Source: Bacteroidaceae bacterium
Lineage (GTDB): Bacteria > Bacteroidota > Bacteroidia > Bacteroidales > Bacteroidaceae
Assembly (NCBI GenBank): GCA_017541265.1
Contig: JAFXZK010000084.1
Location: 4,217 to 68,216, forward strand
Length of the DNA stretch: 64,000 nt
Reading direction: 5' to 3'
Position 1 is the first letter of the stretch. Every line of letters begins with the position of its first letter. Under the pieces are notes generated by a model, which worked only from the letters and a program-made list of their open reading frames with translations, had not been told where the DNA came from and did not search any database. Below are positions 9,731 through 17,475 of this stretch, piece after piece. The position numbers and the translations under genes are program-made.

Positions 9731-10528
9731 ATGATAGAGCTGCAACATCTATACAAGAGCTTTGACGGCAGGGACGTTCTCAAGGACATCAGCATGACCT
9801 TCCGCGACGGGCAGACGAACCTCATCATCGGTCAGTCTGGCTCCGGCAAGACGGTCTTGATGAAGAACATCGTGGGGCTATTCACGCCCAACAAGGGCAA
9901 GGTGCTCTACGACGGACGCGACTTCGTGGCGATGAGCAAACGCGAACGTGTGATGCTGCGCAGGGAGATGGGCATGATATTCCAAAGCGCCGCGCTCTTC
10001 GACTCGATGACGGTGCTGGAGAATGTCATGTTCCCGCTCGACATGTTCTCGGACATGAACCAAGCCGACCGCGTCCAGCGTGCCCGCTTCTGCCTGGAGC
10101 GTGTCAACCTGAAAGGCGCAGAGGAGAAGATGCCGGGCGAGATAAGCGGCGGCATGCAGAAGCGAGTGGCCATTGCCAGAGCGATTGCCCTTAATCCGAA
10201 GTACCTCTTCTGCGACGAACCGAATTCAGGCCTCGACCCCAAGACGAGCCTTGTCATAGACGACCTCATCAGCGGCATCACCCATGAATACGGCATGACG
10301 ACCATCATCAACACGCACGACATGAACTCGGTGCTCGGCATCGGCGAGAGCATCCTCTTCATTTGCGACGGTCACAAAGAATGGGAAGGGTCGATGAACG
10401 AGATAATGTCCGCCACCAACGAAAAGCTCAACTCCTTTATCTTCGCCAGCGACCTGCTGAGAAAGGTCAAGGAAGAGAGCCTCTCCCAACCCCTCCAAAG
10501 GAGGGGAGAAACACCACAAGAAATATGA
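9731..10528 (+). CDS. mlaF: MlaF-type ABC transporter ATP-binding protein
   Basis: Walker A GQSGSGKT, signature ISGGMQKRVAIARA, Walker B LFCDEP. Lies 2 nt after mlaE. The last ~12 codons are formed by a GC-rich palindromic unit. Confidence 0.85.
   Translation: MIELQHLYKSFDGRDVLKDISMTFRDGQTNLIIGQSGSGKTVLMKNIVGLFTPNKGKVLYDGRDFVAMSKRERVMLRREMGMIFQSAALFDSMTVLENVMFPLDMFSDMNQADRVQRARFCLERVNLKGAEEKMPGEISGGMQKRVAIARAIALNPKYLFCDEPNSGLDPKTSLVIDDLISGITHEYGMTTIINTHDMNSVLGIGESILFICDGHKEWEGSMNEIMSATNEKLNSFIFASDLLRKVKEESLSQPLQRRGETPQEI
10478..10512. repeat. GC-rich palindromic unit, forms the 3' end of mlaF
   Basis: gagcctctcccaacccctccaaaggaggggagaaac. Perfect hairpin cccctcc-aaa-ggagggg at 10490-10506. 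Confidence 0.65.
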
Positions 10529-11382
10529 TGAATGACATGTTAGAACAAAGAGAGACAGCTACCGTTCCCCCCTCCTGTGAGGGCAGGGTGCAGGACGGGG
10601 GAGGCCTTCAGCTTCGCAGCGAAGGGCTTGTCAAGATTTATGGCAAGCGAACCGTGGTGAACAACGTCACGTTCGACGTGCGGCAAGGTGAGATAGTTGG
10701 TTTGCTGGGACCTAACGGTGCAGGCAAGACCACTTCATTCTACATGACCACCGGCCTCGTCCTGCCCAATGCCGGACACATCTTCCTGGGCGACGAGGAG
10801 ATAACCAACCTGCCTGTCTATCAGCGTGCCCGTCGCGGCATAGGTTACCTCGCACAGGAAGCCAGCGTGTTCCGCAAGATGAGCGTCGAGGACAACATAA
10901 GCAGCGTGCTCGAAATGACAAAAAAGCCGAAGAAAGAGCAGCGCGAGAAGCTCGAAAGCCTCATCAGCGAGTTCCATCTTGAGAAGGTGCGCAAGAGCTT
11001 GGGCGACCAGTTGAGTGGCGGCGAACGGCGACGCACAGAGATTGCCCGTTGCCTTGCCATCGACCCGAAGTTCATCATGCTCGACGAACCCTTTGCCGGT
11101 GTTGACCCCATCGCTGTGGAGGACATCCAGTATATCGTCTGGAAGCTGAAGCAAAGGAATATCGGTGTCCTCATCACCGACCACAATGTGGAGGAGACGC
11201 TTTGCATCACAGACCGCGCCTACCTCCTCTTCGAGGGACAAATCCTCTTTCACGGCACGCCGCAGGAACTCAGTGTCAACCCCGTCGTTCTCGATAAGTA
11301 CCTTACCCGCAGCTTCGTCCTGCGTCTCAAGGACTTCCAGCGTATGGAGCAGGAACGCACGGCTTCCGTCAAAGGAGAATAA
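10525..11382 (+). CDS. lptB: LPS export ABC transporter ATP-binding protein LptB
   Basis: GPNGAGKTT, YLAQEASVFRKMSVEDNI, LSGGERRRTEIARCLA, MLDEPFAGVDP. The ATG overlaps the mlaF stop (ATGA). The ORF-track start at 10363 is rejected. The N-terminal ~25 aa extension is unusual. Confidence 0.85.
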   Translation: MMNDMLEQRETATVPPSCEGRVQDGGGLQLRSEGLVKIYGKRTVVNNVTFDVRQGEIVGLLGPNGAGKTTSFYMTTGLVLPNAGHIFLGDEEITNLPVYQRARRGIGYLAQEASVFRKMSVEDNISSVLEMTKKPKKEQREKLESLISEFHLEKVRKSLGDQLSGGERRRTEIARCLAIDPKFIMLDEPFAGVDPIAVEDIQYIVWKLKQRNIGVLITDHNVEETLCITDRAYLLFEGQILFHGTPQELSVNPVVLDKYLTRSFVLRLKDFQRMEQERTASVKGE

Positions 11383-11400
11383 GGTCTCTTCCTTAGGTTT

Positions 11401-12393
11401 TTATGAAGTAAGAATTTCGCTGATGGCGGTCAATTCCTCATCAGTGAAGGCAGGGCTGTGCAGGGCAGCAAGATTGCTGTTCAATTGCCTGGGTGAGCTG
11501 GCTCCGACAAGGACGCTCGTCACTTCCTTATGATGGAGAATCCAGCCGAGTGCCATTGCCGATAATGATTCGCCACGCATGGCTGCCAATTCGTTCAGGC
11601 GGTTGATGCGCGAAAGGACTTGGGGCGTGAGCATGTCTGCGTGCAGGAAACGCGGGTCGTGTGCCATGCGGCTGTCGACAGGGATGCCTTGAAGATACCG
11701 GTCGGTGAGCAGTCCCTGTGCCAAGGGTGAGAAGCTGATGAACCCCGCGCCATTCTCTGCGGCTTGCTCCAAGATGCCCTCTTGTTTGGGAGCCTGGTCG
11801 AAGAGGTTCAGACGACCTTGATAGATGAGGCAAGGCACATCATGCTGCCGAAGGTACTCGTAACCAATGCGCGCCGCTTCGAAAGGCCAGCGGGAAAGCC
11901 CGACGTAAAGCGCTTTGCCCTGCCGCACGATATCCACCAGCGTCTGCAATGTCTCCTCAAGCGGTGTCTCGGGGTCGTAGCGGTGGCAATAGAAGAGGTC
12001 AACATAATCCAGACGCAACCGGCGCAGGCTTTGGTCGAGGCTTGCCATGAGGTGCTTGCGAGATGCCCACGAGCCGTAAGGCCCGTCCCACATGTCGTAG
12101 GCTGCTTTGGTTGAGATGAAAAGCTCGTCGCGATAGGAACGCAAATCATCTTGCAGGAACTTGCCCAGACGCAGCTCTGCAGCCCCAGGCTCAGGCCCGT
12201 AGTTGTTGGCAAGGTCGAAGTGGGTAATGCCGGCATCGAAGGCAGCATGAACAATTGCACGACTCTGTTCTTCTGGTGTGATGGTGCCGAAGTTGTGCCA
12301 GAAGCCAAGCGAGAGTGCAGGCAGCAGGACACCCGAATGTCCGCATCGGCGATAGGTCATTTCCGTGTAACGGGTAGTGTTGGCAGTGTACAT
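11401..12393 (-). CDS. aldo/keto reductase (YghZ/Gpr-like)
   Basis: The N-terminus MYTANTTRYTEMTYRRCGHSGVLLPALSLGFWHNFG matches the YghZ-type AKR pattern. Start chosen at the third in-frame ATG. Confidence 0.85.
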   Translation of the reverse strand: MYTANTTRYTEMTYRRCGHSGVLLPALSLGFWHNFGTITPEEQSRAIVHAAFDAGITHFDLANNYGPEPGAAELRLGKFLQDDLRSYRDELFISTKAAYDMWDGPYGSWASRKHLMASLDQSLRRLRLDYVDLFYCHRYDPETPLEETLQTLVDIVRQGKALYVGLSRWPFEAARIGYEYLRQHDVPCLIYQGRLNLFDQAPKQEGILEQAAENGAGFISFSPLAQGLLTDRYLQGIPVDSRMAHDPRFLHADMLTPQVLSRINRLNELAAMRGESLSAMALGWILHHKEVTSVLVGASSPRQLNSNLAALHSPAFTDEELTAISEILTS

Positions 12394-12420
12394 GTCGGTA
12401 AGCATGATGCAATTTTTCTG

Positions 12421-12428
12421 CAAAGATA
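12421..12428 (-). promoter_or_regulatory. -7 box (tatctttg on minus strand), aldo/keto reductase
   Basis: 27 nt upstream of the start at 12393. Confidence 0.55.
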
Positions 12429-12470
12429 ATGTTTTTTGCCATTATTGTTCGTGGGGAGAAGAAAAAAATG

Positions 12471-12478
12471 TATCTTTG
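12471..12478 (+). promoter_or_regulatory. -7 box (tatctttg), phosphodiesterase-like gene
   Basis: 26 nt upstream of the ATG at 12505. Confidence 0.55.
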
Positions 12479-12504
12479 CATCGTAAACCTAAAAGAATTC
12501 GACC

Positions 12505-13575
12505 ATGAAACGTATTATTGTTATTCTTCTGTCTTTGATGCCCTTGCTGCTTTCTGCAAAGGGGGACAAAGATACACGTCTCGTCATCATCACTATCGAC
12601 GGCCTGCGCTGGCAGGAAGTCTTCGGGGGAGCAGAGAAAAACCTTATCGACAAAGACCAAGGCGTGCGCGACGTCGAGCAGTGCCGCAAGACGTACTGGC
12701 GCTCCACGCCCGAAGAGCGGCGCGAGGCGCTGATGCCCTTCACTTGGGGCACCGTCGCCAAGCAGGGCATCCTCATCGGCAACCGCAACGTGAACAGCAT
12801 GATGCAGCTCGCCAACAAGACTAATATCTCCTATCCTGGCTATTGCGAAATGATGACAGGCATGGTGGATGAGGCCATCACAAGCAACGACCCTGTGAAC
12901 AATCCGCACCGCAATGTGCTTGAAGCAGCCAACGAGGATGCACGCTACAAGGGCAAGGTCGTGATGTACGGCTCGTGGAAGTCCACACGCTTCGCCATCC
13001 ACAACGAGCAGGCAGGCATCCCCGCCAGCGTGTCGTATGAACCTGCTGTCGCCAAGAAACCGTCTCCCCGCCTTAAACTGGCCGAGAGGATGCTCGAAGG
13101 GATGCCGCACTACTGGCGGAGCGAACACTTCGACGCCTTCACCTATGCCTTCGCCCTTGAGACGCTGCTGGCCGACCATCCGAAAGTGATGTGGATTTCC
13201 TTCGGCGACTGCGACGAATGGGCGCACGCACGGAAATACGACCTCTATCTTGACGCGGCCAACGGCACCGACGCCTTCATCCGCGACATCTACGAGACTC
13301 TGGAGGGCGACAAGTTCTATCGGGGCAAGACCGTCTATCTCGTCACCTGCGACCACGGGCGCGGCTTCGGCAACGAATGGACAAGCCACGGCAGCGGCAC
13401 GAAAGGCTCCGAGGCAACTTGGCTCATGCTCTTCGGCAAAGGCATTTACCCCAAGGGCGAGACCTCTGAATGTGGTTCCTTCTTCACGCAGCAAGTCGCC
13501 GCCACCATTGCCTCCATCCTCGGCATCGATTTCACGCCCGACAATGGCGTCAAGCTACAGCCCATCGGCATGTGA
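12505..13575 (+). CDS. secreted alkaline-phosphatase-superfamily enzyme (type I phosphodiesterase/nucleotide pyrophosphatase-like)
   Basis: Signal peptide. Metal/nucleophile-site-like motifs ITIDGLRW, SYPGYCEMMTG, GDCDEWAH, VTCDHGRG. Confidence 0.6.
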   Translation: MKRIIVILLSLMPLLLSAKGDKDTRLVIITIDGLRWQEVFGGAEKNLIDKDQGVRDVEQCRKTYWRSTPEERREALMPFTWGTVAKQGILIGNRNVNSMMQLANKTNISYPGYCEMMTGMVDEAITSNDPVNNPHRNVLEAANEDARYKGKVVMYGSWKSTRFAIHNEQAGIPASVSYEPAVAKKPSPRLKLAERMLEGMPHYWRSEHFDAFTYAFALETLLADHPKVMWISFGDCDEWAHARKYDLYLDAANGTDAFIRDIYETLEGDKFYRGKTVYLVTCDHGRGFGNEWTSHGSGTKGSEATWLMLFGKGIYPKGETSECGSFFTQQVAATIASILGIDFTPDNGVKLQPIGM

Positions 13576-13576
13576 G

Positions 13577-13708
13577 GTGGTTCTATATGCTATTCTTGTT
13601 ATCCTGTTCAATGCCTTTCACAAGAAGTCTCAAAAGACCCCAAAGGGTGAGATAGAAAAGGCGAAACGAATAATGAAAGCATATTTTGAAGAAAAGAAAG
13701 GAATATGA
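13577..13708 (+). pseudogene. 3' remnant of a Gp49/HigB-like (RelE/ParE superfamily) toxin gene
   Basis: The frame reads VVLYAILVILFNAFHKKSQKTPKGEIEKAKRIMKAYFEEKKGI*, the typical C-terminus of these ~110-aa toxins. There is no in-frame start, and the upstream part is occupied by the 3' end of the phosphodiesterase-like gene. The stop overlaps the antitoxin ATG (ATGA). Confidence 0.5.
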
Positions 13709-14019
13709 GTATGTCAAGCGAAGAAATGAAGAACATGCACCTCACGCCAATAATGGATTATATTGCAGAGGATTACGGTGAAGAGGGGACACCGTCGAGA
13801 ACAGAGTTCGATTCGAAGGTTGATGCTTTTATTTTGGGCGAACGACTCAAGGAGGAGCGCCTCAAGGCCGGTATTACACAGGCGCAGTTGGCGGAGCGCA
13901 TCGGTACGAGGAAGAGTTACATCTCGCGAGTGGAGAACGGCCATGCAGACATTCAGGTTTCCACCCTGTTCAAGATATTCAATGGGCTTGGCCGTCGGTT
14001 GAGTTTGACGGTGCTATAG
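13705..14019 (+). CDS. XRE-family helix-turn-helix protein (HigA-like antitoxin)
   Basis: HTH_3 pattern ITQAQLAERIGTRKSYISRVENGHADIQVSTLFKI. ATGA overlap with the toxin remnant. Confidence 0.8.
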   Translation: MSMSSEEMKNMHLTPIMDYIAEDYGEEGTPSRTEFDSKVDAFILGERLKEERLKAGITQAQLAERIGTRKSYISRVENGHADIQVSTLFKIFNGLGRRLSLTVL

Positions 14020-14084
14020 TTTTTGTTATAGCAAAAAATCGAAGCGTAAACTATTTATAGTTCCCTCAATAGTAGAGTCAAGCC

Positions 14085-14807
14085 TTACAGGATGTCCTTA
14101 ATCTCATGCAATGTTGTTACGGTATGGGTGGGGATGCCGGACGGCTCGACGTTCCAGCGGTTGAAGAGGATTGTGTCGAGGCCTGCGTCGCGGGCGCCGA
14201 GGATGTCTGTCTGCAGGTTGTCGCCAATCATGATGGTGGTCTCCCGCTCGGCTCCCGAAACCTTGAAGGCATAGTCGAAGAAGTCTTTCGACGGCTTGTT
14301 GGCTCCTGCATCCTCGCTGAGGATGACGGTCTGGAAATAATCTCGCAGCCCGCAGGCGGCAAGCTTCTTGTACTGCACCTCGTGGAAGCCGTTGCTGCAC
14401 ATGTGCATCCTGTAGCCCCTGCCGCGCAGGTAGTCCATCAGTTCGCGGGCACCGTCCACCACGCCCGGCTTGCCTGAGCAAAAGTCCAGGAAGCGGTCGC
14501 TTATCTCCAAGCAGTAGTCTTTGAATGCAGAGACAGATTCTTCACTCTTCATTCTTAACTCTTCACTCATGCAAAGCGGGCGGCGGAAACGCTCCACAAT
14601 GAGAAAGGGACGGTCAATTTCACCCTTTGCGTAGCGGCTCCACAGGTCGATGTTGGCAGCCCAGTAGGCATCGTAGAACACCTTGGGGTCGGGGAACCAC
14701 TGGTCGAGGTGAAAGGCTTCGAATGTCTCTTCCAGCGCGATGACGGCATTGCCGTAGGTGTCGTAGAGCGTGTCGTCGAAATCAATGAAAAGGTCTCGGT
14801 ATTTCAC
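14085..14807 (-). CDS. HAD-superfamily hydrolase (YjjG-like nucleotidase subfamily)
   Basis: Motif I DFDDTLYDT at residues 9-17, later SNG and GDNLQTDILGA motifs. The start codon is GTG. Confidence 0.8.
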   Translation of the reverse strand: MKYRDLFIDFDDTLYDTYGNAVIALEETFEAFHLDQWFPDPKVFYDAYWAANIDLWSRYAKGEIDRPFLIVERFRRPLCMSEELRMKSEESVSAFKDYCLEISDRFLDFCSGKPGVVDGARELMDYLRGRGYRMHMCSNGFHEVQYKKLAACGLRDYFQTVILSEDAGANKPSKDFFDYAFKVSGAERETTIMIGDNLQTDILGARDAGLDTILFNRWNVEPSGIPTHTVTTLHEIKDIL

Positions 14808-14861
14808 TTTTTCTGCTTTTTAATCTTTCAACTTTCAATATTCAATTTTTAACTTACGGGT

Positions 14862-14869
14862 GCAAAGTT
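14862..14869 (-). promoter_or_regulatory. -7 box (taactttg on minus strand), HAD hydrolase
   Basis: 54 nt upstream of the GTG start at 14807. Confidence 0.5.
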
Positions 14870-14961
14870 ACGAAAATGTGAGCAAACGGCAAAAGGAAAT
14901 GCCTGGGAAAAGGAGCGGAAAGCGGGAAAACATCGTGCGGCAGCCCCAGTCCTTTGGTGTT

Positions 14962-15090
14962 CCTGTATAAGGAGGACTGCAGTCCTCCGAAAGAAATTCT
15001 ATGGGAGGACTCCAGTACCACCGCGGTGGGACTGCAGTCCTCCCATTGAAGTACTGAAGTCCAACTGCGGTGGTACTGCCGTAGATTCGT
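14962..15090. repeat. nested-palindrome interspersed repeat, copy 1
   Basis: Contains the perfect 18-bp palindrome ggaggactgcagtcctcc (14970-14987), ggactgcagtcc again at 15028-15039, and the 12-bp palindrome ccaccgcggtgg. Homologous in inverted orientation to 51258-51380. Confidence 0.8.
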
Positions 15091-15220
15091 GGAGGAGCAA
15101 GCGGCTGTGTCGCTTCTTTCTTCCATGCAAAACCATTCGGTCGTGACGAGAATCGTGATGGAAATCCGCCCGGACATGGATATTTGAATTTATAAATTTT
15201 GAATTTTGAATTAATTGTCG

Positions 15221-15228
15221 TACCTTTG
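15221..15228 (+). promoter_or_regulatory. -7 box (tacctttg), Rpn-family gene
   Basis: 50 nt upstream of the ATG at 15279. Confidence 0.55.
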
Positions 15229-15278
15229 CATTCGCAAGCCCCAAGTAAAGCATATCTTATTGAAATTAACAAAGCGTT

Positions 15279-16136
15279 ATGAGAGACGAAGAAAAGGAAA
15301 GATACATAAACCCTTATACCGACTTCGGCTTCAAGAAGTTGTTTGGTACGGAGATGAACAAGGACCTGCTCATCAGCTTCCTCAATGCCCTGTTCAACGG
15401 GCACGAAGTAGTCCGCAATGTGACTTTCCTCAATGGAGAGCATTTCGGTGAGAGCTATCTCGACCGCAAGGCAATCTTTGATGTCTTTTGCGAGAACGAG
15501 AAGGGCGAGAAGTTCATTGTCGAGATGCAGAAGGCCGAACAGAACTACTTCAAGGATCGCAGCGTCTATTATGCCACGTTCCCAATCCGTGAGCAGGCAC
15601 CACGCGGCGAATGGGACTTCCAGTTGAAGGCCGTCTATACGGTAGGCATCCTTAACTTCGTGTTCCCTGGTGATGAGTACAGCCCCGAGTGTTACCACCA
15701 TGAGGTGAAGCTGATGGATACAGAGGACAAACATGTATTCTATGACAAGCTGACCTTCGTTTATTTAGAGATGCCGAAGTTCAACAAGACAGAGGACGAA
15801 CTGGTGACGATGTTCGACAAGTGGCTTTTTGTCCTCCGCAACCTTTCACGATTGATGGTGCGTCCGGCCGCCCTTCAGGAACGTGTCTTCACCAAATTGT
15901 TTGAGCAGGCAGAGATTGCCCGCTTCACGCCACAGGATGCTCGTGAATACGAAGAAAGTGTCAGGATTTACCGAGACCTGACCAATGTCGTAAATACAGC
16001 AGAGCGAAAAGGCCGCGAGGAAGGCCGTAAAGAAGAAAAATTAAGTACTGCCCGTAAGATGAAGGCGTTAGGGCTGGCGAATGACTTTATCTCGCAAGTT
16101 ACGGGTCTTACAGAAGAAGAGATAGAAGCTATATAA
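15279..16136 (+). CDS. Rpn-family recombination-promoting nuclease / PD-(D/E)XK putative transposase
   Basis: YINPYTDFGFKKLFG N-terminus and the IFDVFCENEKGEKFIVEMQKAEQ nuclease core typical of this family. Confidence 0.85.
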   Translation: MRDEEKERYINPYTDFGFKKLFGTEMNKDLLISFLNALFNGHEVVRNVTFLNGEHFGESYLDRKAIFDVFCENEKGEKFIVEMQKAEQNYFKDRSVYYATFPIREQAPRGEWDFQLKAVYTVGILNFVFPGDEYSPECYHHEVKLMDTEDKHVFYDKLTFVYLEMPKFNKTEDELVTMFDKWLFVLRNLSRLMVRPAALQERVFTKLFEQAEIARFTPQDAREYEESVRIYRDLTNVVNTAERKGREEGRKEEKLSTARKMKALGLANDFISQVTGLTEEEIEAI

Positions 16137-16226
16137 TAAGTTTCTCAATGTTCAATAAATAGAAAGCCTATGGCATAAATAAAGGATTTCAAACATAATA
16201 GATAGGAAGCGTTAGCTTAGATTCTT

Positions 16227-16349
16227 GTTTACCGTAAATTCGCCAAATTTTAAGTAAGCCACAAGAGTAAAAGACTAATGCTCACGTCGGTTCGGCGTGG
16301 GCTTTTACTCGTTAAAGTGGCAACGGTGTTTGGCGATACCTCGGTAAAC
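16227..16349 (+). ncRNA. candidate structured RNA / extended imperfect hairpin (unassigned family)
   Basis: Four nested helices: gtttaccg..cgccaaa (16227-16247) with tttggcg..cggtaaac (16329-16349); gccac/gtggc (16258-62 / 16317-21); gagtaaaag/cttttactc (16265-73 / 16302-10); ctcacg/cgtggg (16281-86 / 16296-301). Followed by a terminator. Confidence 0.35.
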
Positions 16350-16374
16350 GTAGACGATGAAGTCCACGTTTTTT
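16348..16374 (+). terminator. intrinsic terminator-like hairpin + T5-6
   Basis: acgtagac-gatgaa-gtccacgt (7 of 8 bp), then ttttt. Lies 48 nt before the LRR gene ATG. Confidence 0.55.
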
Positions 16375-16421
16375 GTGTATATACTTAAACATATAATTAA
16401 CCACTTAACAAATCATCTACA

Positions 16422-17456
16422 ATGAAAACTAAACATTTTTTTCCTTTGGCTTTTGTGCTGCTCATCGCAACGACAGCCTGCACTAACACAGTGAATGAGA
16501 TTAAGATTGACGAGAAGAATTTCCCCGACGAGAACTTCCGCGCTTGGATACTTGAGCAGGAGTATGGCAAGGACAGCGTGCTGACGGCAGAAGAGATTGC
16601 AGGCATTGACACTATAGAAGTCTTTGGTGATGATATTAAGAATCTAAAAGGCATCGAGTACTTCACTGCACTAACAACATTGGATTGCCTCTTAAACGAA
16701 TTGACTAATCTTGACATATCTAAAAATACCGCACTGACGGAGCTGTGTTGTGCAGATAACAAATTGACGAATCTTGACATATCGAAAAATACCGCGCTGA
16801 TATATTTGTCCTGTGAAGGAAATCAGCTGACAACTCTTGATGTGTCGAAGAATACCGTGCTGAAAGAGCTATACTGTAGTTACAACCAACTGACAACTCT
16901 TGATGTGTCGAAGAATAATGCGTTGAAAGAGCTATACTGTCATGACAACCAGTTGACAGCACTTGATGTGTCAGGATGTAGTGAACTGACGTGTCTGGAA
17001 TGTACCAAAAACCAGTTAATGGCGCTTGATGTATCGAAGAATACTAAATTGGAAGAACTGCGTTGCTGGATCAATCGCTTGACTTCACTTAATGTGTCTG
17101 GTTGTTCTGTATTGACAGTCTTGGACTGCGGAGAAAACCAATTGAAGGAACTTGACATATCAAGCAATACAGCACTGAAAACACTGATATGTTGGAACAA
17201 CCGATTAGATTCGCTTAACGTATCGGGGTGTACAGATCTGACATATCTAAGGTGCGACAGGAACGATATTTCTGGTTCGAATATGGATTCATTAGTGGAG
17301 AGCCTGCCTATTGTGAGCAAAGGCACATGGCTAGTCATTAACATTTTCTCAGACCCAGATAACAGAATGACCACCGCGCAGGTGGCGGCAGCAAAGGCCA
17401 AAGGTTGGATGCCGTATTACATTGCCGGTTGGAGAGAATATGAAGGTAAAGACTAA
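16422..17456 (+). CDS. leucine-rich-repeat lipoprotein
   Basis: Lipobox LIATTAC. About 10 tandem 22-aa repeats LTxLDVSKNTALKELYCxxNQ. AT-rich relative to the surroundings. Confidence 0.8.
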   Translation: MKTKHFFPLAFVLLIATTACTNTVNEIKIDEKNFPDENFRAWILEQEYGKDSVLTAEEIAGIDTIEVFGDDIKNLKGIEYFTALTTLDCLLNELTNLDISKNTALTELCCADNKLTNLDISKNTALIYLSCEGNQLTTLDVSKNTVLKELYCSYNQLTTLDVSKNNALKELYCHDNQLTALDVSGCSELTCLECTKNQLMALDVSKNTKLEELRCWINRLTSLNVSGCSVLTVLDCGENQLKELDISSNTALKTLICWNNRLDSLNVSGCTDLTYLRCDRNDISGSNMDSLVESLPIVSKGTWLVINIFSDPDNRMTTAQVAAAKAKGWMPYYIAGWREYEGKD

Positions 17457-17475
17457 CTAACCTAATCCCTAAAAC

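Noticed and set aside
10567-10604. A second GC-rich 'hairpin' in the lptB 5' end (cccccctcc ... gggggagg).
   Set aside because: The two runs are mirror-like rather than properly complementary (only partial pairing with G-U and a mismatch), so it is not counted as a bona fide palindromic unit.
14868-15734. 288-aa minus-strand ORF spanning the nested-palindrome repeat and the 5' half of the Rpn-family gene.
   Set aside because: It is antisense to a well-supported gene, and its C-terminal part is translated repeat DNA.
15279-16136. The Rpn/PD-(D/E)XK 'transposase' as an intact insertion sequence.
   Set aside because: I found no terminal inverted repeats or target duplications bracketing the gene. 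The family is generally a domesticated nuclease rather than an autonomous IS.
16140-16421. tRNA or other known small RNA in the AT-rich spacer, and elsewhere in the window.
   Set aside because: No cloverleaf-compatible sequence (no GTTCRANYC T-loop with matching acceptor stem) was seen anywhere. The structure at 16227-16349 is a long hairpin and is reported only as a candidate.
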